Positions 10,876 to 20,138 of a stretch of 64,000 nucleotides of DNA are shown in pieces. The stretch comes from an uncultured Acidobacteriota bacterium (GTDB lineage: Bacteria; Acidobacteriota; Thermoanaerobaculia; Thermoanaerobaculales; Thermoanaerobaculaceae). Made by a program: the position numbers and the translations under genes. The stretch spans positions 15,929 to 79,928 of the forward strand of contig CAVVTR010000003.1 in assembly GCA_963751245.1 (NCBI GenBank). The letters are read 5' to 3'. Under the pieces are notes generated by a model. It had not been told where the DNA came from, made no database searches, and saw nothing but the letters and a program-made list of their open reading frames with translations. Numbering within the stretch: the first letter of the stretch is position 1; every line of letters starts with the position of its first letter.

Positions 10876-10914
10876 CGGCCGGGCGCCCGGTATACTCCGG
10901 GCCTGGATCACACC

Positions 10915-11463
10915 GTGCCCGCGCCCCTCACCCTCTGGCTCGTCCGGCACGGCGAGACGCCCCGCAGCCGCGACGGGCGCCTCGCCGGGTGGGTGGACAC
11001 GCCGCTGACGGCGCGGGGGGAGGCGGAGGCGCGGCGCCTGCGGCCGTTCCTCGAGGGCGAGCGCTTCGACGGCGTGTGGTCCTCCGACCTTCGCCGCGCC
11101 GTGCGCACCGCCCGCCTCGCGTGGGGGGAGCCCCGCCGGGACGCCCTGCTGCGGGAGATCTCCTTCGGAGCGCTCGAAGGGCGCCTGTGGCAGGCCCTCG
11201 ACCCCGCCCTTGCCGACGCGCTGAGGCGCTTCGAGGGCTTCAGCGCTCCGGGCGGGGAGTCCCTCGCCGACCTCTCGCGCCGCGTGACGGGGTTCATCGG
11301 CTCCCTTCCCCCCGGACGGCACCTGCTCTTCACCCACGGCGGGGTGATCCGGTTCCTCACGCGTCGGGCGGGGCACGACGGCTTCCTCCCCACGGGGTCC
11401 GTGGCCGCCCTGGATTGGAACGCCCGCCGTCTGCTGTTCCTCCGCGAGGGAGGCGACGGATGA
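10915..11463 (+). CDS. histidine phosphatase family protein (phosphoglycerate mutase / CobC-like)
   Basis: LWLVRHGETPRSRDGRLAGWVDTPLTARGEAEA is the RHG catalytic motif. 182 aa, GTG start. Confidence 0.8.
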   Translation: MPAPLTLWLVRHGETPRSRDGRLAGWVDTPLTARGEAEARRLRPFLEGERFDGVWSSDLRRAVRTARLAWGEPRRDALLREISFGALEGRLWQALDPALADALRRFEGFSAPGGESLADLSRRVTGFIGSLPPGRHLLFTHGGVIRFLTRRAGHDGFLPTGSVAALDWNARRLLFLREGGDG

Positions 11464-11503
11464 GGACACCGTGCGGAGGCGGGGTGACGAGGAGCGGGGA
11501 GCC

Positions 11504-11887
11504 GTGCTGAGCCGCGTCCTCGCCGTGGCGGCCGGAGGCGCGGCGGGCGCGGTCCTGCGCTACGGCGTGTCCGGCTGGGTGTCGAGGCTCACCCAGGCCT
11601 CCTCGTTCCCCTTCGGCACGCTGGCGGTGAACCTGCTGGGCGCCTTCGTCCTCGGCGCCGTCCTGGGCAGCACCGCGACGGGGCGCTTCCTGCTCTCGCC
11701 GGGGCTGCGCACGCTGGTAACCGTGGGCGTGCTGGGCGCCTTCACCACCTTCTCGACGTTCACCTACGAGACGGTCGAAGCGTTGCGCGTGGGCGACCTC
11801 CGCGTGGCCCTCCTCAACGTGGCGGTGAGCCTCGCCGCCGGGCTTCTCGCTTGCTGGCTGGGGCTCGTGGCCGGAGAGAGGCTGTGA
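11504..11887 (+). CDS. crcB: fluoride ion channel CrcB/FluC
   Basis: AAGGAAGAVLRYG..FPFGTLAVNLLGAFVLG..GVLGAFTTFSTF are typical CrcB motifs. Start placed at GTG 11504 (GAGGAG 9 nt upstream); the track start is 11471. Confidence 0.85.
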   Translation: MLSRVLAVAAGGAAGAVLRYGVSGWVSRLTQASSFPFGTLAVNLLGAFVLGAVLGSTATGRFLLSPGLRTLVTVGVLGAFTTFSTFTYETVEALRVGDLRVALLNVAVSLAAGLLACWLGLVAGERL

Positions 11888-11903
11888 GACGGGAGGACAG
11901 GCC

Positions 11904-12260
11904 GTGACGCGACTGCAGGGTGAGGGCAAGCTGCTCCGCATCTTCATCGGCGAGGGCGACCGTCTCGGCGGCCGCCCGCTCCACGAGGCCATCGTGCAGG
12001 CCGCCCGGGAGATGGGCCTGGCCGGCGCCACGGTTCTGCGCGGCGTGTCAGGGTTCGGTGCCCGCTCGCTCCTCCACACCGCCAGGCTGCTGCGTCTCTC
12101 CGAGGACCTCCCCATCGTCATCGAGGTGGTCGAGACGCCCGATCGCATCGACACGTTCATCGCAAAGGTCGAGGCCATGCTCGACGAGGCCAACTGCGGC
12201 GGCCTGATCACCGTGGAGAGGGCCGAGGTGATCCGCTACAGCCCCGACGCCCGGCGCTGA
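11904..12260 (+). CDS. DUF190 (PII-like) protein, commonly paired with crcB
   Basis: GKLLRIFIGEGDRLGGRPLHEAIV..ARE.GLAGATVLRG.SGFG is the DUF190 pattern. GTG start with GGGAGG upstream, 16 nt after crcB. Confidence 0.8.
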   Translation: MTRLQGEGKLLRIFIGEGDRLGGRPLHEAIVQAAREMGLAGATVLRGVSGFGARSLLHTARLLRLSEDLPIVIEVVETPDRIDTFIAKVEAMLDEANCGGLITVERAEVIRYSPDARR

Positions 12261-12266
12261 TCCGCC

Positions 12267-12797
12267 TCACCCCTCCCGTTCCAGGGCGAACAGGATGGCG
12301 TCGCGGAACGAGCCGCGCTTGAAGTAGCGCCGCGGAACCCTGCCCACCTCGCGGTAGCCGCCGCGCTCGAGCATCCGCACCGAGGCGGTGTTGCCGTCGA
12401 TGACCTCCGACAGCAGCAACCGCAGCCCGAGCACCTCGAAGGCGTAGCGCGTGCGGACCCGGACCGTGTCGGTGGCGTAACCCTGACCCCAGAAGCCGGG
12501 CACCCCGATGATCATGCCGGTCCGCGCGCTGCCGTGCCGGTGATCGATGTCGTGGATGGCGGTGAAGCCGATGTGGTCGCCGGTGAGGGTCTCCACGGCG
12601 AAGCCCGCCTCGTGCTCCCCGCCCCGCTCCACGCGCTCGAAGTACGCGTCCTCGGCGAGCCGGGTGACCGGCCAGTCCCCCGTCAGCGTCCACGCGGTGA
12701 CCTCCGGGTCGTTGAGCCACAGCAGCGCGTTGGCCAGGTGCCGCTTCGCGTCCAGCGGCACCAGCCGCACCTTGTCGCCTTCCCAGCCGTGGGCCAT
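12267..12797 (-). CDS. GNAT family N-acetyltransferase (RimJ/RimL-like)
   Basis: Real part of track ORF 12267..12923, from ATG 12797 (MAHGWEGDKVRLVPL). GNAT core GFWGQGYATDTVRVRTRYAFEVLGLRLLLSEV..N..S..MLERGGY. Confidence 0.8.
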   Translation of the reverse strand: MAHGWEGDKVRLVPLDAKRHLANALLWLNDPEVTAWTLTGDWPVTRLAEDAYFERVERGGEHEAGFAVETLTGDHIGFTAIHDIDHRHGSARTGMIIGVPGFWGQGYATDTVRVRTRYAFEVLGLRLLLSEVIDGNTASVRMLERGGYREVGRVPRRYFKRGSFRDAILFALEREG

Positions 12798-12904
12798 GGT
12801 CGTCTCTCCCGTCGACTGCAACGCTACCCCGGCGGGCTGGAAATCCGGAAGCGCCGGCCGGCCGCCGCCCCTCGCGGCGCCACCGTCCCGGTACCGTCGC
12901 CGGC

Positions 12905-12933
12905 TTGCCCCGCGCCGGTACACCCTCTATGCT
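12905..12933 (+). promoter_or_regulatory. weak putative promoter of the PEPCK-like gene
   Basis: TTGCCC (12905-12910), 17 nt, TATGCT (12928-12933), about 34 nt upstream of ATG 12967. Confidence 0.25.
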
Positions 12934-12966
12934 CCTCACGGCGCGTCTGCGCCAGGTGAGGTACGC

Positions 12967-14847
12967 ATGGCCCAGGGCCCTTACGATCCCGACGTCTACC
13001 GGCGCTTCGCCGAGAACCTCCGGAGCGCCCTCGGCGGCGACAACATCGAGCACCCCTCGATGCGGATCCTGCGCCAGAAGGCGCTGGCCACCGCCTACCG
13101 CACCTCCAACGGCGCGCCGCTCTGGTGGTCGGCAATCTCCTCCCGCCAGGCGGCCAAGACCGTCTACCTCGGCAACGGCCCCGACATCGTGCTGCCGCGC
13201 CCCTCCGACGGGCAGCTGGCCATCGTCGCCAAGGCCCCGGACCAGCTCCACAAGGTGCTCCAGCTCGTGCGCACCATGCCTTTCGTGCACGTCCGCCGCC
13301 AGATGGGCGACAACGGGGAGTTCAACCCGGTCTGCAACCTCTACGTCTGCGTCGCCGACCCCAAGAACTACCGGCTGGCCTACCAGTGGGCGATGACCAT
13401 GGGGGACGTCAAGAAGCGCCGGCCCGGCCCCGAGCTCATCATGATCGACATCCCCATGGAGCACCAGCTGCGCATGCAGATCCTCGCCATCCCCGAGCAC
13501 GACGTCAACATCGCCATGGGGTCCGACTACACCGGCGAGTGCAAGAAGGGGTTCCTGCGCCAGGCCATGTTCCGCGCCGACCAGCGGGGCATGCTGGGGC
13601 TGCACGCCGGGACCAAGGTCGTCAAGGCCCGCGACGCCCGCAGCGGCAAGGTGAAGCAGTTCTCCGTCTTCATGTTCGGGCTCACCGCCACCGGCAAGTC
13701 GACCTGGAGCTGCCACCAGCTGGGGCTCGACGCCACCGCCGGCGAGGGCACCTGGGTGGCCCAGGACGACATCGTCTTCCTCAAGCGGGACGGCTCCTCC
13801 TACGGCTCGGAGCAGAACTACTACGTCAAGACCGACGTCACCCTCCAGATGCAGGAGGCCATGTACCGGGCCCTCGCCCACCCCACCGCCCTGCTCGAGA
13901 ACGTCATGGTCGACGGCTCCGGCCGCATCGACTTCACCGACGAGCGCATGGGAGAGAACGGCCGCGGCGTCCTCGACCGCCGCCAGCTCAAGGTCAGGCG
14001 CGGGCGGAAGTGGGAGTCGATCTGCTACGAGTCCCTCGACACCCCCCCCATCGACGAGCTCGACGGCATCGTCTTCGCGTTCATCACGCGGCGCAACACC
14101 ATCATGCCGTTCGCCCAGCGCCTCACCCCCGAGCAGGGCGTCATGGCCTACCTGTGGGGGGAGTCCAGCCACTCCTTCGCCACGGTGCCGGCCAAGGCCG
14201 GCGAGAGCGTGCGCATCGTCGGCATGGACGACTTCATCATCGGGAACCAGGGCCGCAAGGTGAACGCCTTCCACGACATCGTCATGGACCTGGTGGCCCG
14301 CCACCCCGGCAAGGTCCACTTCTTCCAGTACAACACCGGCGGCATGGGCGAGATCATCGACATCGACCGCGCCACCGGCAAGAAGACCCTGGTGCGCAAG
14401 GCCAAGCGCGTCCCCATCGACCTCATGGCCGCGCTGCAGCGCGGCGACCTGCGCGGCACCAACGAGTACGCCAGGGGGCGCCTGGGCACCGAGTACGTCG
14501 TCCGCTGCGACGGCTCGGAGCTCACCGAGTGGGACCCCCGGCACTTCTACTCCGACGAGCAGATCGAGGCCTACGTCGCCGACCTCGTCGACGGCCGCCG
14601 CGCCTTCACCGAGGAGATCGCCGCCCAGGGGCTGCGCAAGGACATCCGCGAGATCGCCCACCGCGAGCTCGATCGCCTCGACGCCAAGGTCGCCCGCCGC
14701 AAGGTCGAGCCCTGGTCCGAGGCCGACGAGGCCGCCCAGACCGCCGCCGAGGACCGCGACCCCCGCTCCCGCTTCATCGCCCCCTGGGACTCCCCCCGCT
14801 CCTCCGTGAGCTACTTCCCCCAGCCCTCCTCCCGCCGCCGCGGCTGA
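12967..14847 (+). CDS. divergent phosphoenolpyruvate carboxykinase (ATP)-like protein
   Basis: Real part of track ORF 12547..14847, from ATG 12967 (MAQGPYDPDVYRRF; GGTGAGG upstream). Kinase-1a-like FGLTATGKSTWS (PckA has GLSGTGKTT). Also VAQDDIVF, GSEQNYYVKT, RRNTIMPFAQRLTPEQGVMAYLWGES and FQYNTGGMGE, in PckA order. Charged, low-complexity C-terminal tail. Confidence 0.7.
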   Translation: MAQGPYDPDVYRRFAENLRSALGGDNIEHPSMRILRQKALATAYRTSNGAPLWWSAISSRQAAKTVYLGNGPDIVLPRPSDGQLAIVAKAPDQLHKVLQLVRTMPFVHVRRQMGDNGEFNPVCNLYVCVADPKNYRLAYQWAMTMGDVKKRRPGPELIMIDIPMEHQLRMQILAIPEHDVNIAMGSDYTGECKKGFLRQAMFRADQRGMLGLHAGTKVVKARDARSGKVKQFSVFMFGLTATGKSTWSCHQLGLDATAGEGTWVAQDDIVFLKRDGSSYGSEQNYYVKTDVTLQMQEAMYRALAHPTALLENVMVDGSGRIDFTDERMGENGRGVLDRRQLKVRRGRKWESICYESLDTPPIDELDGIVFAFITRRNTIMPFAQRLTPEQGVMAYLWGESSHSFATVPAKAGESVRIVGMDDFIIGNQGRKVNAFHDIVMDLVARHPGKVHFFQYNTGGMGEIIDIDRATGKKTLVRKAKRVPIDLMAALQRGDLRGTNEYARGRLGTEYVVRCDGSELTEWDPRHFYSDEQIEAYVADLVDGRRAFTEEIAAQGLRKDIREIAHRELDRLDAKVARRKVEPWSEADEAAQTAAEDRDPRSRFIAPWDSPRSSVSYFPQPSSRRRG

Positions 14848-14916
14848 CCGCGCCGGGCGCCCGCGAGCCCGCGCCGGGGCGGCTTCGAGACCGCGAGTCA
14901 GTGTCATAAACATCTC

Positions 14917-14945
14917 TTGACACGGCTCGTACCTGGGGGCACACT
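14917..14945 (+). promoter_or_regulatory. weak putative promoter of cstA
   Basis: TTGACA (14917-14922), 17 nt, CACACT (14940-14945), in a lower-GC patch. The ~100-nt leader is rich in GGA motifs. Confidence 0.2.
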
Positions 14946-15046
14946 TGGCGACAGTTCAATCACGTGCCACGGACCCGGGGGGGAACGTCGGAGGAGGGAG
15001 CCGCCGCTCCCGGGCAGCCGCAGGCGAGCACACGGAGGGAGGGACC

Positions 15047-16754
15047 ATGAAGGCCATCATCCTCGCCGTGGTCGGGCTCGGCATGTACCTCTTCGCCTAC
15101 CGCTTCTACGCGAAGCTCCTGGCGGAGAAGGTCTACCGGCTCGATCCAAACTTCGTCACGCCGGCCCACGAGTTCTCGGACGGCACCGACTACGTGCCCA
15201 CCAACAAGCACGTCCTCTGGGGGCACCACTTCACCTCGGTGGCCGGAGCGGCGCCCATCGTCGGCCCCGCCATCGCCGTCTACTGGGGGTGGCTGCCGGC
15301 CCTCGTCTGGGTGATCCTCGGCACCATCTTCTTCGCCGGCGCCCACGACTTCGGCACCCTGTGGATCTCCTCCCGGCACAAGGCCCGCTCGATGGGGTCG
15401 CTCTCCGAGGACGTCGTCTCCAAGCGGTCGCGCGCGCTGTTCATGGTGGTCATCTTCCTGCTGCTGCTCATGGTCAACGCGGTGTTCGCCATCGTCATCG
15501 CACGCCTGTTCGTGCGCTTCCCGGGCAGCGTCGTGCCCATCTGGTTCGAGATCCCGGTGGCCCTCCTCGTCGGCTGGCTGATCTACCGGCGCGGCGGCAA
15601 GCTGCTGTGGCCGTCCATCGGGGCGCTCGTCGCCCTGTACGTCATGGTGTGGTACGGCTACAAGATCCCGGTGGTCATCCCCGAGCACTTCCTCGGCCTC
15701 GGGCCGGCGGGGTTCTGGGTGGTGGCGCTGTTCATCTACGCCTGGGCCGCCTCGCGCCTGCCCGTGTGGCTGCTGCTGCAGCCCCGCGACTACATCAACT
15801 CGCACCAGCTCATCGTCGGCCTCGCGATCCTCTACGTCGGCATGGCGGTGGGCAACCCGACGGTCGTCGCCCCGGCGATCAACGCCGCCCCGGTCGGCGC
15901 GCCGCCGATCTTCCCCATCCTGTTCATCACCATCGCCTGCGGCGCCATCTCCGGCTTCCACGGCCTGGTCTCGTCGGGCACGTCGTCGAAGCAGCTCGAC
16001 AAGGAGACCGACGCCCGGTTCGTCGGCTACATGGGCGCGGTGGGCGAGGGCGCGCTGGCCCTCGGCGCCATCCTCGTGGTGACGGCGGGGCTCGCCTCCA
16101 CCCAGGCCGAGTGGCTCTCGGGCTTCTACACGAGCTGGACCGCGGCCTCGGGCGGCGCCGCCGGCTTCTTCGTCAACGGCCTCGCGGTCATGGCCGAGAA
16201 CCTCGGTATCCCCGTGGCGGTCGGACAGGTCTTCGCGGCGGTCATCGTGGTGAGCTTCGCCGCCACCACCATGGACACCGGGGTGCGGCTGCAGCGCTAC
16301 ATCATCTCCGAGATCGGCGACCACTACCGGATCCCGGCGTTCCGGGATCCCGACTCTCGCCACGACGCTGGCCGTGGGATCCTGCCTGCTGCTCGCGTTC
16401 GGCGCCCACGCCCCCGGCGGCGGGGTCGGCACGGGCGGCCTGGTGATCTGGCCGCTGTTTGGCACCACCAACCAGCTCCTGGCGGCGCTCTCGCTCATCG
16501 TCATCTCCGTCTACCTGCGCCGGCTCAAGCGCACCATCCTGCCCACCGCCATCCCCATGGTCTTCCTCCTGGTCATGACGGTCTGGGCGATGGTCGACAG
16601 CCTGCAGAACTGGCTGTTCGGGCCGAAGCCCAACTACCTGATGGGCGTGATGGGAACGATCGTCCTGTTCGCGGCGTTGTGGATGGCGCTGGAGGCGTAC
16701 CTGGCGCTGCGACGGCCTCCGCTGCCCGTGGCGGAGGAGCCGGCGCCGGAGTAG
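15047..16754 (+). pseudogene. cstA: carbon starvation protein CstA (peptide/pyruvate transporter family); frame broken by a 1-nt shift near 16349-16353
   Basis: ATG 15047 (MKAIILAVVG; GGAGGGAGGGA upstream). The CstA-like sequence runs to ..RYIISEIGDHYRIPAFRDP, after which that frame becomes Arg/Pro junk. The CstA C-terminus (TLATTLAVGSCLLLAFG..IWPLFGTTNQLLAALSL..) continues in the +1 frame (track ORF 16374..16754). This is either a real pseudogene or an assembly indel. Confidence 0.8.
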
Positions 16755-16760
16755 ACGACC

Positions 16761-17033
16761 ATGGCGCAGACCTGGCAGCGTGTCCGCGAGGCGTGGCGGC
16801 GCTTCAACGCGTTCTACGACGAGCTGTTCCTGGCGCCGTACCGCTCCGCCGTGGCGCGCGAGCGGCGCGACCGCGAGGACCTCTTCCTGCTGCTGTGCTT
16901 CTCGGACATGCTGGGCATCCCAAACCCCGTCAACTACTACACCCTCGAGCTGCTGCCCTACGTGATGGAGCGCTTCCACCAGTGGCACATCCGCCAGGGC
17001 ATGGAGCGCTCCCCCCTCGAGGGATTCCGCTGA
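16761..17033 (+). CDS. small conserved-looking hypothetical protein (90 aa)
   Basis: ATG lies 7 nt after the cstA stop, with GGAG upstream. GC3 is near-saturated, so it is probably real coding sequence. I recognise no motif (..LFLLLCFSDMLGIPNPVNYYTLELLPYVMERFHQWH..). Confidence 0.65.
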   Translation: MAQTWQRVREAWRRFNAFYDELFLAPYRSAVARERRDREDLFLLLCFSDMLGIPNPVNYYTLELLPYVMERFHQWHIRQGMERSPLEGFR

Positions 17034-17088
17034 TGCTGAGACCGGGGCCCCGGCGGGGCCCCGCGTCCTCAGCGCCGCAGGGACGCTG

Positions 17089-18054
17089 ATGCCGGTCTCC
17101 AGCTGGCTCGACCACCGGGTGGTGTTCTTCGGAGGCAAGGGCGGCGTGGGCAAGACCACCTGCGCCACCGCCTTCGCATTGCTGGCGGCGCGCTCGGGGC
17201 GCCGGACCCTGCTGGTCTCCACCGATCCCGCCCACTCCACCTCCGACATCCTCGAGACCCCGCTCGGGCCCGAGCCGTCCGCCGTCGCCGAGTCCCTGTG
17301 GGCCATGGAGATCGACTCGGAGCGGGAAGCCGCGGAGTACATCGAACGGGTCCGCGGCAACCTCATGAAGGTCACGGCACCGCACCTGCGCGCCGAGATG
17401 GAGCGGCAGGTCGAGATGGCGCGGGTGTCGCCGGGGACGGAGGAGGCGGCGCTCTTCGACCGCCTGGCCGACGTGCTCCACGAGGCCCACGGCCGCTACG
17501 ACCTGGTGGTCTTCGACACCGCGCCCATCGGCCACACCCTGCGCCTGCTCTCCCTGCCCGAGCTCCTCCAGGCCTGGGTCGACGGCCTTCTGCAACGGCG
17601 GCGGAGCGTCAACCGCATGAGCGCGATGTGGCGCCAGATGACGGTGGGGGGCGGACCCGACGACGAGGCCGAGGACCCGGTGGAGGCGATCCTCCTGGCC
17701 AGGCGCCGCAAGTTCTTCCAGACGAGGCAGATCCTGCTGGAGCCCGGAACCACGACCTTCGTCTTCGTCCTCATCGCGGAGCGCCTGCCCATCCTGGAGA
17801 CCAGCAAGGCGATCACCCTCCTCCGCCACCACGGCATCCCGGTGGGGGGGCTGGTGGTCAACCGGCTCCTCCCCGCCGAGGCCGCCGGGCACCCGTTCCT
17901 GGCCGCCCGCAAGCAGCGCGAGGCCGCCTACCTGGACGAGGTCGCCGCCACCTTCCACGACCTCCCGCGCATCCACCTGCCGCTCCTCCCCCACGACGTG
18001 GTCGGGATGGAGAGCCTGCAGCGCATCGCCTCCGAGCTGCGCGCCTCCGTGTGA
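17089..18054 (+). CDS. ArsA/GET3-family P-loop ATPase (single-domain)
   Basis: Deviant Walker A FFGGKGGVGKTT, LLVSTDPAHSTSDIL, and switch-II DTAPIGHTLRLLSLP. Confidence 0.85.
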   Translation: MPVSSWLDHRVVFFGGKGGVGKTTCATAFALLAARSGRRTLLVSTDPAHSTSDILETPLGPEPSAVAESLWAMEIDSEREAAEYIERVRGNLMKVTAPHLRAEMERQVEMARVSPGTEEAALFDRLADVLHEAHGRYDLVVFDTAPIGHTLRLLSLPELLQAWVDGLLQRRRSVNRMSAMWRQMTVGGGPDDEAEDPVEAILLARRRKFFQTRQILLEPGTTTFVFVLIAERLPILETSKAITLLRHHGIPVGGLVVNRLLPAEAAGHPFLAARKQREAAYLDEVAATFHDLPRIHLPLLPHDVVGMESLQRIASELRASV

Positions 18055-18145
18055 ACGCCCGCAACGACCCCGGGAGGGCGCCGTGCGGCCGCGTGGGCCC
18101 CGGGGTGTAGGATGGAAGGGTAGTCAGCCCCCCTTCGGAGGAACG

Positions 18146-18934
18146 ATGACGGCGAAGCTTCCCAGCAGCGGGCCCGGCCGGTTCGTCTGGCACGAGCTCC
18201 TCACCCCCGACCCGGAGCGCGCCCTGCGCTTCTACCGGGAGCTGCTGGGCTGGACCGTGCGCCCCATGGACCGGGGCCGCCTCGGCACCTGCCGCACCGT
18301 GAGCGCGTCCGGCGTCGAGCAGGGCGGGGTGCTTCCCCTCCCGCCAGGGCAGGCGCCCGACCCGCGGTGGCTCGCCTACGTCGCCGTGGACTCCCTCGAG
18401 TCCGCCCTCGTCCAGGCGCTGGAGCTCGGCGGCGAGGTGCGCCACCCCGCCGAGGACCTGCCCGGCATCGGGCGCGCCGCGGTGGTGACGTACGCCGGCG
18501 GCGCCGAGCTCGCCCTTGCCGAGACGCCGCTGACGGAGCGGCCCGGTCCCGGAGCGGGGCTGGCGCCGGGGACGTTCTGCTGGGACGAGCTGCTGGCCCG
18601 GGCCGCGCCCCACGCGGTCGCCTTCTTCTGCGGGCTCCTCGGCTGGGGGCTCGAGACCGTGGAGCTGCCCGGTGTGGGCCCCTACACCTTCTTCACCACG
18701 CCCGGAGGCGGCTCCGCCGCCGGCATGCTCCCCAGGCCCCCCGACGCCGCGGGGCCCTCGGCGTGGCTGCCCTACCTGGTGGCCGCCAGCGTGGACACGG
18801 CCGCCGGCCGTGCGGAGCAGCTCGGCGGCACCGCCGTCATGATGCCCACCGCGATTCCGGGCGTGGGGCGCTACGCGGTGATCGAGGACCCGCAAGGCGC
18901 CGTCTTCGCGCTGCTCCAGCCCATCGAGGAGTGA
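18146..18934 (+). CDS. VOC (glyoxalase/bleomycin-resistance/dioxygenase) family protein, two tandem modules
   Basis: Start at ATG 18146 (GGAGGAACG upstream). Two repeats of the VOC N-terminal pattern: GRFVWHELLTPDPERALRFYRELLGW and GTFCWDELLARAAPHAVAFFCGLLGW. Confidence 0.8.
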   Translation: MTAKLPSSGPGRFVWHELLTPDPERALRFYRELLGWTVRPMDRGRLGTCRTVSASGVEQGGVLPLPPGQAPDPRWLAYVAVDSLESALVQALELGGEVRHPAEDLPGIGRAAVVTYAGGAELALAETPLTERPGPGAGLAPGTFCWDELLARAAPHAVAFFCGLLGWGLETVELPGVGPYTFFTTPGGGSAAGMLPRPPDAAGPSAWLPYLVAASVDTAAGRAEQLGGTAVMMPTAIPGVGRYAVIEDPQGAVFALLQPIEE

Positions 18935-19103
18935 CCCGGAGCGGCGGAGGGCGGAACCTCGCGGCCCCGGCCGGCCCGTGCTCCCCCCGCGGCGCCGGCG
19001 CCCCGCGACGGGCGCATACTGAAGTGGCGGCTGCCGAGCCTCCGCGGGACGGCCCCTGGCCGGGCCGACAAAGCCCCGAGGCGGGCCGCAGAGGAGGCTT
19101 TCG

Positions 19104-20138
19104 ATGTCTCGCGCAGCGCTGCTCACCTCACTCGTTGCGATCACCCTGGGCCTGGGCGGGGTGGCGGCCGGGCAGGCCGCCGGCGGCTACCACGTCACCG
19201 GGACCATCGCCATCGGCGGCGAGGGCGGCTGGGACTACGTCACCGTGGACCCCTCCGCGCACCGCCTCTACGTCAGCCACGCCACCCGGGTCGAGGTCGT
19301 CGACACCAGGACCGGCACGGTGACCGGCGCCATCCCGGACACCCCCGGCGTCCACGGCATCGCCCTCGCGCCGGCGCTGGGCCGCGGCTACATCTCCGAC
19401 GGCCGCGCCGACGCCGTCACCGTCTTCGACCTCGACACGCTGAAGACCCTCGCGACGGTGAAGGTCACCGGCGCCAACCCCGACGCCATCGTCTTCGAGC
19501 CTCTCACCCGGCGCGTCTTCACCTTCAACGGGAGGGGGCGCAACGTCACCGCCATCGACACGGCCACCGACCAGGTCGTCGGCACCATCGACGTCGGCGC
19601 CAAGCCCGAGTTTGCCGTCGCCGACGGCCGCGGGACGGTGTTCGTCAACCTCGAGGACACGAGCATGCTCGCCGCCATCGACGCGAAGACCCTCGAGGTC
19701 AAGGCGCGCTGGCCCCTCGCGCCGGGGGAGGAGCCCACCGGGCTCGCCATGGACGTCGAGCACCGGCGGCTGTTCTCGGTGTGCGGAAACGGCCTCATGG
19801 TGATCAGCGACGCAGACGCCGGCCGCGTCGTGGCCACCGCGCCCATCGGCCGCGGCGTGGACGGCGCGGCGTTCGACCCGGCCACCGGGGACGCCTTCGC
19901 CTCCGCCGGGGAAGGCCTCCTCACCGTCGTCCACGAGGACACCCCCGGGACGTTCACGGTTGCCGGCACGGTGACCACCCGGCGCGGCGCCCGCACCGTG
20001 GCCCTCGACCCCGCGACCCACCGCCTCTACCTCCCGACCGCGCGCTTCGGACCGCCGCCGTCCCCCACGCCGGACCATCCCCGCCGGCGGCCGGCGATCC
20101 TCCCCGGCACCTTCGAGGTGCTCGTCGTGGGCCGGTAG
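19104..20138 (+). CDS. secreted YncE-like / YVTN-repeat beta-propeller protein
   Basis: Signal peptide (MSRAALLTSLVAITLGLGGVAAGQAAG). Repeated ~40-aa units with G..P.GIA/V.D....LYV-type pattern. Confidence 0.75.
   Translation: MSRAALLTSLVAITLGLGGVAAGQAAGGYHVTGTIAIGGEGGWDYVTVDPSAHRLYVSHATRVEVVDTRTGTVTGAIPDTPGVHGIALAPALGRGYISDGRADAVTVFDLDTLKTLATVKVTGANPDAIVFEPLTRRVFTFNGRGRNVTAIDTATDQVVGTIDVGAKPEFAVADGRGTVFVNLEDTSMLAAIDAKTLEVKARWPLAPGEEPTGLAMDVEHRRLFSVCGNGLMVISDADAGRVVATAPIGRGVDGAAFDPATGDAFASAGEGLLTVVHEDTPGTFTVAGTVTTRRGARTVALDPATHRLYLPTARFGPPPSPTPDHPRRRPAILPGTFEVLVVGR

Noticed and set aside
8011-11469. 1152-aa minus-strand ORF
   Set aside because: It is antisense to the PAS hybrid kinase and the histidine phosphatase. 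The same reasoning rejects 7605..10232(+), 3127..6315(+), 12208..14913(-), 49709..52531(+), 49704..52319(-), 59492..62299(+), 57679..59595(+) and the other long ORFs overlapping motif-bearing genes.
16761-17033. Identification of the 90-aa ORF as a YbdD/YjiX-type CstA partner
   Set aside because: No sequence resemblance, and it lacks the characteristic C-terminal Cys-Cys. Only the gene position is analogous.
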